Source of the DNA: a virus | Taxonomy: Duplodnaviria; Caudoviricetes | Direction: 5' to 3' (one strand) | Virus record (IMG/VR): IMGVR_UViG_3300032335_000589 | Span: 1 to 49,087 of that record | Length of the DNA: 49,087 bases | Shown here: positions 36,273 to 45,917 of the stretch, piece after piece | Layout of the letters: each line of letters opens with the position of its first letter | Numbering within the stretch: position 1 is the stretch's first letter | Translations under genes and position numbers: made by a program | The notes under the pieces: generated by a model | The model's input: only the letters and a program-made list of their open reading frames with translations | Databases searched by the model: none | What the model was told of the DNA's origin: nothing

Positions 36273-38642
36273 ATGGCTTACCAAAATATAAATCAATATA
36301 ATTATCAAAAGTTAAAAATGCAAGTCATTTATGACGGGCAAGATATGTCATTGGCTTCTGATGAGGTTGATTTTAACCAAGAAGTTGTGTTCTCACCCTT
36401 TTTAATCGCAATTGATAATGGAAAAAAACTTCCAATTTCGTTGAATCTTAATAGTCCATTAACGACACAAAACTTGAATTTAACGTATGGGATTTATAAT
36501 CCAAACAACGTTATTGTTTCTGAAAACTTTTATCAACCCGATGATTTAAACTTAAATTGTTTTAGTGCAAATTCAACATGTGATATTGGATTGACAGGTA
36601 TTGATAATGGATTGGTCACAAAAATAAAGGGTGATGATTTATATTATACCAATGGTTTATTTAACGACGCAGAAAAATTTGATAGATTATATTATGACAG
36701 ACGAATGAAGTTTATTCAAACAACGACAAACGTTCCTAATAATAATAAATTCTCTGGTATAACTGATTACACATATTATCAAATGGTTTCAAAGGTAAGT
36801 CCCATATTTGGTAGATACGTTGAGTTATATGGTGGATTTTATCAAGGGTTTTATAAGTTGTTTGGTTATGACTATGACATATTACCTGAAAGAATGAATA
36901 AAGGTTGGTCGGTTGAAATGTTATTAAAACCAAGATTTTCGAATGAATACGCTCCACCACCAGGTTATACAACTTTGAATCAAATTTATCCCAACAATAA
37001 AAATACATTTTTTTATATGGGGGCAAGAGCCGAAAACAAATTTTATCATTATGCTGATGGTTCCCCAAAATGTGATCCTGAATATGTTAGAATTACATCA
37101 GGTTTAACAAAAGAAGAAACTTGTGCTTGTTGTAATTACGAAATTAAAAATAGTAGATGTATATACGTTTATCCACCAAGACCAAAAGGTGGTGTGTATG
37201 ATCCACACGTAAATTATGGTTGTAATTTATGTAAAGGTGATGATAATCAAAAAATTACTTGCGGATGTAAATGTTATGAATCTCCTTGTGAGACTTGTGG
37301 TTGGATGTGTTTTGATCATAAGTGTGGGTCTATAATTGTCCCAACACCAACACCCACACCAACTCCGTCACCAACGGTTCCTTGTGATACTTATCCTCAA
37401 ATAATTCAATGCACCGTAACTCCTTCATGTTGCACATCTTGTCAATCTTGTGGTTGTGATGTGTGTGGATGTCCTCCGAAATCGGCGTCAACAACTTTTT
37501 CATCTGTGGAAGATACTTGTGAAAAAGATCCCAAGTTTGATGCGTTGTCTAATAACATATCTTTTAGATTGTGTGGTGATCCACAAAATCCTGGTATTGG
37601 TGTTCGAGCGATTAAAATCACGGGTGATTGTATTACAACAGGAGAATGTATTACAGGTCAAACTTATGTGACTGGTTATACAATAGTTGATATTTGCACT
37701 CCACCGATATACCCTTATTGTTTAGAGGTTAATCCAGATTGGTTAGACGTAGAACATTGGTTTTTATTAAATGCGGTTTGGGAAAGATATACTTATTGGG
37801 ATTATTGTGATTTAAGATGGTTCGGAGGTTTAGATGATATAACAAGAGTCGAATACCTTCAAAGTTTAGCAAACAATGCCGTGTCTTTAATTGGTCCACC
37901 ATATACTAATGGTTATGAAGTTCCAGGTCAAATAGAAATTGTCCAATTAAATCAAATATGGTTAGATGATACCAAGTTTAGAATGGGTCGATTAAAAATT
38001 TATATAAATGGTCGAATATTTTATACAATAGAAGATTTTGAAGAAGTAATACCTCGAGCGTTAGACACCGACAAAGAAAAACAAGTTGCAGTTCCTTTTA
38101 ACATGTCATGGGGAGGTGGAACTCAAGGTCTTCATGAAAATCTAACACTAAACTTTTGTAATATATGGAACTACTCGGCAGGTAGTGTGACCACTGATAT
38201 ATTATATGTTGATTGTAATGGAGATCCTGCATCACTTACAGGTCTTACAAATGTTAATGGAAGTATAATTGTTGATAAAAACAACACACCAACAATAACA
38301 GTTCCTGATACTAATAACTCAGTTAGTTTTAGTGGTAATTACCATTTAAAGAGTGATGACTATAATCAAGATCCTGAATGTTTCCCTGAAAATATTTTAA
38401 GTGCGACAACATTAAATAAATTAAAGACACACATACTATTAGAACAAAACTTTGCAGGAACATTTGATGGTGCGATTTCACAATTTAGATTTTATACCGA
38501 ACCATTATCAGCACCTGAAGTGAAACATAATTTTAAATTATTAAGAAACACATTTTACATGTTTGATCCCGATTGTCCGAATTGTGATTTGGCGTCATGT
38601 CTTCCAAATGATTTTACATACAACATAATAAATAACGAATAG
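36273..38642 (+). CDS. Cys-rich virion protein with a split LamG/ConA-like domain
   Basis: GWSVEMLLKP, LKIYING and FDGAISQFRFYTEPLSAPEVKHNF suggest LamG. Cys-rich and PT-repeat insert. Confidence 0.65.
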   Translation: MAYQNINQYNYQKLKMQVIYDGQDMSLASDEVDFNQEVVFSPFLIAIDNGKKLPISLNLNSPLTTQNLNLTYGIYNPNNVIVSENFYQPDDLNLNCFSANSTCDIGLTGIDNGLVTKIKGDDLYYTNGLFNDAEKFDRLYYDRRMKFIQTTTNVPNNNKFSGITDYTYYQMVSKVSPIFGRYVELYGGFYQGFYKLFGYDYDILPERMNKGWSVEMLLKPRFSNEYAPPPGYTTLNQIYPNNKNTFFYMGARAENKFYHYADGSPKCDPEYVRITSGLTKEETCACCNYEIKNSRCIYVYPPRPKGGVYDPHVNYGCNLCKGDDNQKITCGCKCYESPCETCGWMCFDHKCGSIIVPTPTPTPTPSPTVPCDTYPQIIQCTVTPSCCTSCQSCGCDVCGCPPKSASTTFSSVEDTCEKDPKFDALSNNISFRLCGDPQNPGIGVRAIKITGDCITTGECITGQTYVTGYTIVDICTPPIYPYCLEVNPDWLDVEHWFLLNAVWERYTYWDYCDLRWFGGLDDITRVEYLQSLANNAVSLIGPPYTNGYEVPGQIEIVQLNQIWLDDTKFRMGRLKIYINGRIFYTIEDFEEVIPRALDTDKEKQVAVPFNMSWGGGTQGLHENLTLNFCNIWNYSAGSVTTDILYVDCNGDPASLTGLTNVNGSIIVDKNNTPTITVPDTNNSVSFSGNYHLKSDDYNQDPECFPENILSATTLNKLKTHILLEQNFAGTFDGAISQFRFYTEPLSAPEVKHNFKLLRNTFYMFDPDCPNCDLASCLPNDFTYNIINNE

Positions 38643-40241
38643 ATGAGTCAGAGTATTGTAATACAAAGTGTTTTTTATGATGGTGAATTAGCAGAAGTGT
38701 TATTTAAACCAGACAACGATGATGTTGTTTTAAATTTTGATCAAATTACTTTACCGTTCTTATTTGAACCTTATTTGTTGTATCCACCAAGAGAAATCTA
38801 CGGAACATATACAATAAAACCGGTTTCATCAAGTTGTCCATATTTTTTAAACGTCCCTAGACCAACTCCGACACCGACACCAACTGTAACACCAACTAAA
38901 ACTCCGACACCGACACCAACTGTAACTCCGACACCGACACCAACTTTTGATCCTTGTAGTTTACCAACACCAACTCCGACATCGACACAGACTCCTACAC
39001 CTACTCCAACAATAAGTTTAACCCCTACACCTACCGCAACTTGGAATCCGTGTATTACACCAATACCTAATGTAATAGTTACAATTATGGTAGAATTAAT
39101 ACCAGGTTCTGTAATTGTTAAATCCACCGTAAATATTCATAGAGTTTTAACTGAAGATACTATTGTCACTTTTGATTGTGTTTTAACAACCAAATTAAAT
39201 AAAAAAATTGTAATACCAAAAGAAGTTTGCATACCTAAAGGTTCAATGGAGGGAATTGTTACGGTTACATTAGATATGGATTTTAATGACATTGAAGAAG
39301 TTATATTTGTAGAAGAACCAAAAATTGATAACCAAAATGTGACTTCATTATTTAATATACATAAACCAGTAAAAAATATACCAACACCAACCAACATACC
39401 AACTAACACCCCAACACCAACTAATACTTCAACACCAACTAATACTTCAACTAATACACTTACACCAACTAATACTTCAACTAATACACCTACACCAACT
39501 AATACTTCAACTAATACACCTACACCAACTAACACTTCAACTAATACACCTACACCAACTAACACTTCAACTAATACACCTACCCCAACTAATACACCTA
39601 CACCAACAGTGACCCCAAGTATTGGTGCTTCACAAACCCCAACTCCGACAAATACCCCAACACCTACAACCACACCAACAAATACCCCAACTAACACTCC
39701 AACTCCTACTATTACACCTACCTCAACACCAACAAATACCCCAACTAACACTCCAAGTAATACACCTACAAACACACCAACAAACACCCCAACCCCTACA
39801 AACACCCCAACAAATACCCCAACAACAACACCTACAAATACGCCAACAAATACTCCTACACAAACAACAACACCAACTCCGACAGTAACACCAACAACAA
39901 CTCCTGTTATTATACCAATAATTTATTATGGTAAATCATCAAAAGTTAATTTTGATAATGGTGATGAAATCAATTTGAACTCGATTCAAACAAATCAAAC
40001 CACAAATCAATATTTAAATATTGTATCAGGAAGTGGATACGTTTATATTTTAATTCCGAAATTCACAAATCAACCGTCAATCTTTAGAAATAGTAATTGG
40101 GGTTGTAATGGAAATGTCATTCCAATAATCACAAAACCTGATGTCAATATAATTGACAATTTAGGAAATACCACTATTTATTCTGTATATAGGTCATACG
40201 TCTCGACTTCAGCTGGTGTAGATGTATGGTTATGTGAATAA
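38643..40241 (+). CDS. Mucin-like Thr/Pro-repeat virion protein
   Basis: Two PT/TNTP tracts of about 60 and 175 aa separate three globular segments. Confidence 0.8.
   Translation: MSQSIVIQSVFYDGELAEVLFKPDNDDVVLNFDQITLPFLFEPYLLYPPREIYGTYTIKPVSSSCPYFLNVPRPTPTPTPTVTPTKTPTPTPTVTPTPTPTFDPCSLPTPTPTSTQTPTPTPTISLTPTPTATWNPCITPIPNVIVTIMVELIPGSVIVKSTVNIHRVLTEDTIVTFDCVLTTKLNKKIVIPKEVCIPKGSMEGIVTVTLDMDFNDIEEVIFVEEPKIDNQNVTSLFNIHKPVKNIPTPTNIPTNTPTPTNTSTPTNTSTNTLTPTNTSTNTPTPTNTSTNTPTPTNTSTNTPTPTNTSTNTPTPTNTPTPTVTPSIGASQTPTPTNTPTPTTTPTNTPTNTPTPTITPTSTPTNTPTNTPSNTPTNTPTNTPTPTNTPTNTPTTTPTNTPTNTPTQTTTPTPTVTPTTTPVIIPIIYYGKSSKVNFDNGDEINLNSIQTNQTTNQYLNIVSGSGYVYILIPKFTNQPSIFRNSNWGCNGNVIPIITKPDVNIIDNLGNTTIYSVYRSYVSTSAGVDVWLCE
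39432..39581 (+). repeat. 30-nt tandem repeat x5 (acaccaactaaYacttcaactaatacacYt; [10 protein letters not shown])
   Basis: Near-perfect copies visible at 30-nt period. Confidence 0.9.
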
Positions 40242-40266
40242 TATTATATGTATATTGATTTTTTAA

Positions 40267-41052
40267 ATGACCGATTTTAGTAAAGTTGGTGGAGTGGGAA
40301 TTATGGGTTTCATTTCACCAATGGACACCCTTGATACCTATGCAGTAATTGATCCCTTATATGGTATTGATGGACTACGTAATGTAGATAATGAAGACGA
40401 TTTAAATTCAATACCTTACGATCGAAGACGACCTGGTATGATCGTAGGAATCGAAGGTGGTCAACGATTTTTTAAACTTAAAAACGATTTTTGGTCTTTT
40501 AGCCCTCTAGATTGGGACGAAATATTTTTTTTAACGTCTCCACAATTAGAAGTATTAAATAATTTACCAAATAAATTAGTAGTCCCTGGCGTTAACTCAT
40601 CAACATTTATTGATCGTGAATTAATTTCGGGATCTATCGATAGTCTAAATAGAGAATTCCAACTTCGTTTTACGCCAGAATTAAATTCAGAACACATTTA
40701 TTATAACGGACTCTTACAAGATAAAGGAAACGACAAAGATTATATTATTAGTGGAAAAACGATAGTATTTAATAATCCACCAAAAATTAACAGCAAACTT
40801 CTTTGTTCCTATAGAACTTATAGTGAAATTAATTTCATCGATCATGAATATCCTGTTGGTGAAATTAATGGGATAAATAAATCATTCGAGTTGTCAATTT
40901 TTCCTAAAACAGGAAGTGAACACATTTATTTGAATGGTTTATTACAAGATTTTGGAAATGATAATGACTATACGATTTCAGGTAAAACTATAACTTTCAA
41001 AATCGCACCTCCTAGTTGGAGTAAAATAACTTGTTCTTATCGCTATAATTAA
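40267..41052 (+). CDS. Virion protein with two copies of a YxNGLLQ...DY.ISG.TI.F beta domain
   Basis: Internal duplication: SEHIYYNGLLQDKGNDKDYIISGKTIVF versus SEHIYLNGLLQDFGNDNDYTISGKTITF. Confidence 0.75.
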   Translation: MTDFSKVGGVGIMGFISPMDTLDTYAVIDPLYGIDGLRNVDNEDDLNSIPYDRRRPGMIVGIEGGQRFFKLKNDFWSFSPLDWDEIFFLTSPQLEVLNNLPNKLVVPGVNSSTFIDRELISGSIDSLNREFQLRFTPELNSEHIYYNGLLQDKGNDKDYIISGKTIVFNNPPKINSKLLCSYRTYSEINFIDHEYPVGEINGINKSFELSIFPKTGSEHIYLNGLLQDFGNDNDYTISGKTITFKIAPPSWSKITCSYRYN

Positions 41053-41120
41053 AAATTATTTAACAAATAACGGTAAAAACTAAACATATTAACATATTTA
41101 TTAAAAGAAAAAGAAAAAAA

Positions 41121-41354
41121 ATGGAAGACGAAGAAAAATACACAACAAGTGACTTATATTTGGGAGCTTACTTGAAATTGAAAGGATACAAAATGTCAGT
41201 TGAAAAAAACAGGAATAAAGCAGTTTTTGTTTTTGAAAAAAACGACGAACTTCAAAAAGAAGTTAATAATTATTTAAACGAAGAAGGGTCTTGTGAACCA
41301 TTGTTATATACGAATTCAATTAAAAATTTAAAAAATTTGTTATATAACTTGTAA
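41121..41354 (+). CDS. DUF5659-like small protein
   Basis: YTTSDLYLGAYL...KAVFVFE pattern. TATTTAT at 41095-41101. Confidence 0.6.
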   Translation: MEDEEKYTTSDLYLGAYLKLKGYKMSVEKNRNKAVFVFEKNDELQKEVNNYLNEEGSCEPLLYTNSIKNLKNLLYNL

Positions 41355-41584
41355 AATTTTCGAACTTTACAAAAAAACAAGATATTTATATGTATATCAA
41401 AGTCGACACTTCGACAATTATTAATATTTTTTATTAATCTTTTCTATTTAAATTAATCAACATATTAAGAAGGTAGTTTCTAAAAATTACCTTGTTTGAT
41501 ATTTCTATGCGTCAGCCAACCTGATTCAATAGTTGATTTCAGGGTGTAAAGAACACTTTTAATAAATAAAAAATAATTTTTTTT

Positions 41585-44002
41585 ATGGCTACTACTAAAA
41601 TAGTTTTAGACTTACAATCGGACTTGGTATTAACTAGTCCTCAAATTACCAGCCCAACTGGTCTTGTTAAAGCTGACATCTCTGGCTTAGTTACTGATTT
41701 AGCATCGATTAACACTGCCGCATCTGTAGAAGAGTCTGCTCGTATTGCAGGTGACAATTCTGTTGCATCTAACTTGTCAAGCGAAGTTGTTAACCGCACT
41801 GCTGCCGTTTCTACTGAAGTAGCCGCTCGTATCGCTGGTGACAACTCTGTTGCATCTAACTTAGCTCAAGAAGTTCTTGACAGAATAGCTGATGTAGACG
41901 CCGAGGAAACTCGTGCTGAAGCGGCTGAATTGTCTTTAACTAACTCAGTTACTGCTGAAGCATCTCGTGCACTTGCCGCTGAAACTTCTGTTGCTAATGA
42001 CTTAGCTGCTGAAATCACTGCTCGTATCGCTGATGTTAACGCTGAAGAATCTCGTGCTACTGCCGCTGAAGGTTTATTGGCTGCTAACTTGACTGCTGAA
42101 GCTTCAACTCGTCTTGCTGCTGATACATCTTTGAACACAAAGATTGATTATGTGATTTCTAACACGGACGCAGCTGCTCTTGATTCATTAACTGAAATCG
42201 TTTCTGCTTTCCAATCTGCTGATGGTAACATCAACAACACTATCACAACTTTAGCAACTAACGCTTCTATCGCAACATCTACTGAAGTATCTCGTGCTAC
42301 TTCTGTTGAAGCAACTATCGCAGCTAACCTTTCTTCTGAAATCGTTAACCGCGGTCTTGATGTAGACGCTGAAGAGGCAAGAGCAGAATCTGTTGAGGCT
42401 GAATTGTCTGAAGAGATTTCTACTGAGGTAGTTAACCGTTTAGCTGCGGTATCTACTGAAAAAGTTGCTCGTGAGGCTGCTGACACTTCTTTGTCATCTC
42501 GTGTGAATACTGAAGAGAATGCTCGTGCTGCTGCTGACGCTTCATTGGCTACTTTAATCTCTACTGAGATTTCTACGGAGCACGCTCACCATGTATCTGC
42601 TGAAGGTTCAATCAACACTCGTTTGACTGCCGAAGAATCTGCAAGACTTGCTGGTGACAACTCTTTGGAGTCTTATGTTAATGCTGAAATCATTGCCGCT
42701 AACGCTTCTATCGATACTCGTGTATCTAACGAAGAGGTTACTCGTGCAAATGCTGACAGCTCTTTAGCAACCGCTCTTTCTAACGAAGCGACAACTCGTG
42801 GTAATGCTGACAATTCAATCGCTCTTAACCTATCATCTGAAATCTCTAACCGAGTTGCTGATGTTAACGCTGAAGAATCTCGTGCTACTGCAGCTGAAGG
42901 TTCATTGGCTACTGCGTTGAGCTCTACTGCATTAAACTTAACTAATTTAATTAGCTCTGAGGAAGTTGCTAGAGAAAATGCTGATGAGTCTTTAGATGCT
43001 AAATTGTCTACTGCAATTTCTACAGAGCATGAACACCATGTATCTGCTGAAGCTTCTTTAGATTCTAAAATTAATGAGGCTAAGACTTCAATCAACTCTA
43101 GAGTATCTTCTGAAGAAAGCAACCGTCTTGCCGCTGACACATCTTTAGCTAATGCTATCGAAGACGAAAAAGACCGTATCGATGCAATCCTTGATGGTTC
43201 TACAGTTAATTTAGACCAATTTGCTGAAATCGTTTCTTTTGTTAACGGAATTGACCTTGAGAATGATAACGCATTGTTATCAGCTGTAACTTCTATCGGT
43301 GGTCGTATCGATGACGAAGAAGAAGCTCGTGAATCTGCAGATTCATCATTGGCATCTGTAATTGCAACAAACAGAACTGACGCTAACACAGCAATGTCTA
43401 CTGAAATTTCTAACAGACAATCTGCTGATACTTCATTGGCTACTGCTCTTGGGTCTACTGAGTTGTTCCTTAACGGTAAAATCAACACTGAGACCTCTAA
43501 CAGAGTAGCTGCTGATGGTTCATTAGAAACTGCTCTTGCAACTGCTAAGACTAGCATCAACTCTGCAATCTCTCAAGAAGTTTCTGACCGTGAGCAAGCT
43601 ATCGATGCTTTAATCTTAGACTTAAACTCTGAGATTTCTAGAGCTGAGGCTGCTGAAGATTCATTAGAGGCTGCTTTATCCGCTGAGGTTGCTAACTTGT
43701 TAGCTAACACTGACCTTACTGCAATCGACTCTTTCCAAGAAGTAGTAAACGAACTTGAGGACATTACAAATGATTTTGAGAACACTTACTTCAAGAAGGT
43801 TGTAGTATCTGGTTTAGTTAACGGTACTAACAAAGACTTCACCCTTGCTGCCGCAGTACGTACTAACTCTGAAGCAATCTACTATAACGGTCTTCTTCAA
43901 GAAGCTGGTGTAGATTACAACATGAGCGGTACAACTGTATCTTTCACTTACACTCCTAAAATGGGTGGAAAGATTACCGCTTACGGTGTTTACAACGCAT
44001 AA
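41585..44002 (+). CDS. Long coiled-coil fibre protein
   Basis: Repeats E-x-x-R-x-A-A/G-D-x-S-L, three LDSLTEI-type motifs (LDSLTEIV, LDQFAEIV, IDSFQEVV), and a C-terminal YYNGLLQ domain. High-expression codon usage. Confidence 0.82.
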   Translation: MATTKIVLDLQSDLVLTSPQITSPTGLVKADISGLVTDLASINTAASVEESARIAGDNSVASNLSSEVVNRTAAVSTEVAARIAGDNSVASNLAQEVLDRIADVDAEETRAEAAELSLTNSVTAEASRALAAETSVANDLAAEITARIADVNAEESRATAAEGLLAANLTAEASTRLAADTSLNTKIDYVISNTDAAALDSLTEIVSAFQSADGNINNTITTLATNASIATSTEVSRATSVEATIAANLSSEIVNRGLDVDAEEARAESVEAELSEEISTEVVNRLAAVSTEKVAREAADTSLSSRVNTEENARAAADASLATLISTEISTEHAHHVSAEGSINTRLTAEESARLAGDNSLESYVNAEIIAANASIDTRVSNEEVTRANADSSLATALSNEATTRGNADNSIALNLSSEISNRVADVNAEESRATAAEGSLATALSSTALNLTNLISSEEVARENADESLDAKLSTAISTEHEHHVSAEASLDSKINEAKTSINSRVSSEESNRLAADTSLANAIEDEKDRIDAILDGSTVNLDQFAEIVSFVNGIDLENDNALLSAVTSIGGRIDDEEEARESADSSLASVIATNRTDANTAMSTEISNRQSADTSLATALGSTELFLNGKINTETSNRVAADGSLETALATAKTSINSAISQEVSDREQAIDALILDLNSEISRAEAAEDSLEAALSAEVANLLANTDLTAIDSFQEVVNELEDITNDFENTYFKKVVVSGLVNGTNKDFTLAAAVRTNSEAIYYNGLLQEAGVDYNMSGTTVSFTYTPKMGGKITAYGVYNA

Positions 44003-44025
44003 TCATTAACTCGTTAATGAAAAAG

Positions 44026-44053
44026 AAAAGGGACTCTTCGGAGTCCCTTTTTT
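44026..44053. terminator. Bidirectional intrinsic terminator with a cUUCGg tetraloop
   Basis: aaaagggactc-ttcg-gagtcccttttt between convergent genes. Confidence 0.93.
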
Positions 44054-44072
44054 ATTTAGTTTTAAATTAAAT

Positions 44073-45275
44073 CTATAAATTATCGTATCTATTTGTATTT
44101 GGGTTATAAATTAAATCTTTATTACCTCCATTAAAAAGATTATAAATCAATTTGTCATAAGTTTCAATAAGCTCTTGATTATCGGCATAATATCTTTCTA
44201 ACACTTTATTATTTTTTTCATGATACTCCGTAATATTTTTATCGTGTTCTGTTAAAATATAATTTAACATTTCGGCCCCTTGTTTTGTATCACCATTTTC
44301 ATAATAATAACCCAAGTCTTTACAAAGTGTCGCATTATGTAATACAGGATAACCTAAATACGCAGCATCCAAATACAGATAATTTAATGGATTTAGAATC
44401 TGATGTGATATTAGAACATCAAAATATTGAGTTAAAACAAATGCCGTTTGATAACGAGACTCTGCGGTTATTTTACCGTCTTTATAAAGATCAAAAGTTT
44501 TAATAATAGACAAAAACTCGTGATTAGTTTTTAATTTTTCACCATTTGTAATCATTAACTTATCAATATGGTTTTTTCCAATTTCAGTTCTAAAAGATTC
44601 TTCAGCGATCATAGTTGGAATCAAACCATATTTGACAATATTAATATTTGGTTCCATAATACCTATCACTTTTTTTTCTTTAGTGGGATCATATTTATAA
44701 CCTTTTTTATATTTTTCATTTTTGAAACCTTGTTCAATACCAATAACAGCCTCTTTTAAAAATTTATCATGCCAAATAAAAGGAACTATAAAAGCATTTG
44801 TCCTATATAATGTTGAAAAGAATCCTTTGTTAGTTTCGTCTTGTTGTGGGATATACCATAATTCGTCAAACGTTGTTTCATACTCAAAATATTTTTTGGT
44901 ATTTTCTTTAAACATTACGTTTTCCATGTGTATAACATAATTATTTCCACATTTATAACCGATGAATCTTTTATTCTTATCTTCTTTAAATTTCTTAATG
45001 TCTTCATCATAAACTTGAGCTCCCATCATAACAATAAGATCCATGTCCATAAATTTTTCTTTAAAGTTATAGACATCAATACCATCCAAATAAGAAGGTC
45101 TTTTTTCTGAAAAATCTACATCAAATGTGTTTAATATAAAAACTTCATAATTGTTTTTGGATTGTTTTAATAAATGAACAAACATTAAAACATTTTGTTT
45201 CATTCCGTTTGTCCATATTGATTCTGTGTTTGATTGTAAACCTAATGTAATTCCAATTTTTAAATTTTTCATCAC
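44073..45275 (-). CDS. DUF2827-family putative glycosyltransferase
   Basis: KIGIT...SIWTNGMKQN, VPFIW, MEPNINIVK, SHQILNPLNYLYLD, GYPVLHN, LGYYY. Confidence 0.72.
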   Translation of the reverse strand: MMKNLKIGITLGLQSNTESIWTNGMKQNVLMFVHLLKQSKNNYEVFILNTFDVDFSEKRPSYLDGIDVYNFKEKFMDMDLIVMMGAQVYDEDIKKFKEDKNKRFIGYKCGNNYVIHMENVMFKENTKKYFEYETTFDELWYIPQQDETNKGFFSTLYRTNAFIVPFIWHDKFLKEAVIGIEQGFKNEKYKKGYKYDPTKEKKVIGIMEPNINIVKYGLIPTMIAEESFRTEIGKNHIDKLMITNGEKLKTNHEFLSIIKTFDLYKDGKITAESRYQTAFVLTQYFDVLISHQILNPLNYLYLDAAYLGYPVLHNATLCKDLGYYYENGDTKQGAEMLNYILTEHDKNITEYHEKNNKVLERYYADNQELIETYDKLIYNLFNGGNKDLIYNPNTNRYDNL

Positions 45276-45829
45276 TGTTGATTTGTTTGGTTTATAAATT
45301 GTTTTATTATTTCGTCTTTTTGTTCTTGAGTCTCAGAATGGACCCATAACCATAAAAAAGACCCTGATACCGATTGTAATTCTTTTTTCTTTTCTTCTAT
45401 TGTTTTTTGTAATAATATAGACTCATCTCCACTAAAATCCATTTCGATGTTAATTTTTTTTCCTATTTTATATAAGGTTAGAAGATCATTTTTTTCATAA
45501 GCAATTTGTGCCTCTTCATACCATTTAACACGAACTGAGTTTTTTGTTTTATCTGGATGACATTCTTTGGCAATATTTCTAAAAATTGTCTTGATAATTT
45601 TTTTTTCTTTTTCTGAAACTTGATAAGGACAAATTTTTTTACTTGTTTTATCGTTGTTTGTTTCACCAGAAATTATAGGGTTTACAAATCCCTGTTTAAT
45701 AGCTTCTTCCATAAACAATGGTTTGTGATATGTTGTAAACTCATCAACATATTCTTTTTCTAAATCTAAAAGATTTAATTCTTTTAAATATAGATTCATT
45801 TTCATGTTTGTTAATTTTTTCTTTGACAT
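45272..45829 (-). CDS. J-domain (DnaJ-like) co-chaperone
   Basis: IKTIFRNIAKECHPDKT...EAQIAYE, with an intact HPD motif. TATTTAT at 45835-45841. Confidence 0.8.
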   Translation of the reverse strand: MSKKKLTNMKMNLYLKELNLLDLEKEYVDEFTTYHKPLFMEEAIKQGFVNPIISGETNNDKTSKKICPYQVSEKEKKIIKTIFRNIAKECHPDKTKNSVRVKWYEEAQIAYEKNDLLTLYKIGKKINIEMDFSGDESILLQKTIEEKKKELQSVSGSFLWLWVHSETQEQKDEIIKQFINQTNQQ

Positions 45830-45917
45830 ATATTATAAATAGATTGAAATCTCTTTGAGTTTATATTTATAGATGTTATTGATCATTATTTCATATAACA
45901 GAAATATTTAAAATAAG

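Noticed and set aside
38798-39888. VGVGV-rich antisense ORFs and a Gln-rich alternative frame
   Set aside because: Shadows of the Thr/Pro repeats.
41641-43785. Several antisense ORFs up to 295 aa
   Set aside because: These result from the biased codon usage of the coiled-coil gene and show no independent coding features.
41585-44002. Bacteroidota D-[ST]-[AILMVT] O-glycosylation motifs, and a tape-measure assignment
   Set aside because: That host system acts on exported proteins, and there is no signal peptide here. The fibre-type LDSLTEI motifs and C-terminal beta module argue against a tape measure.
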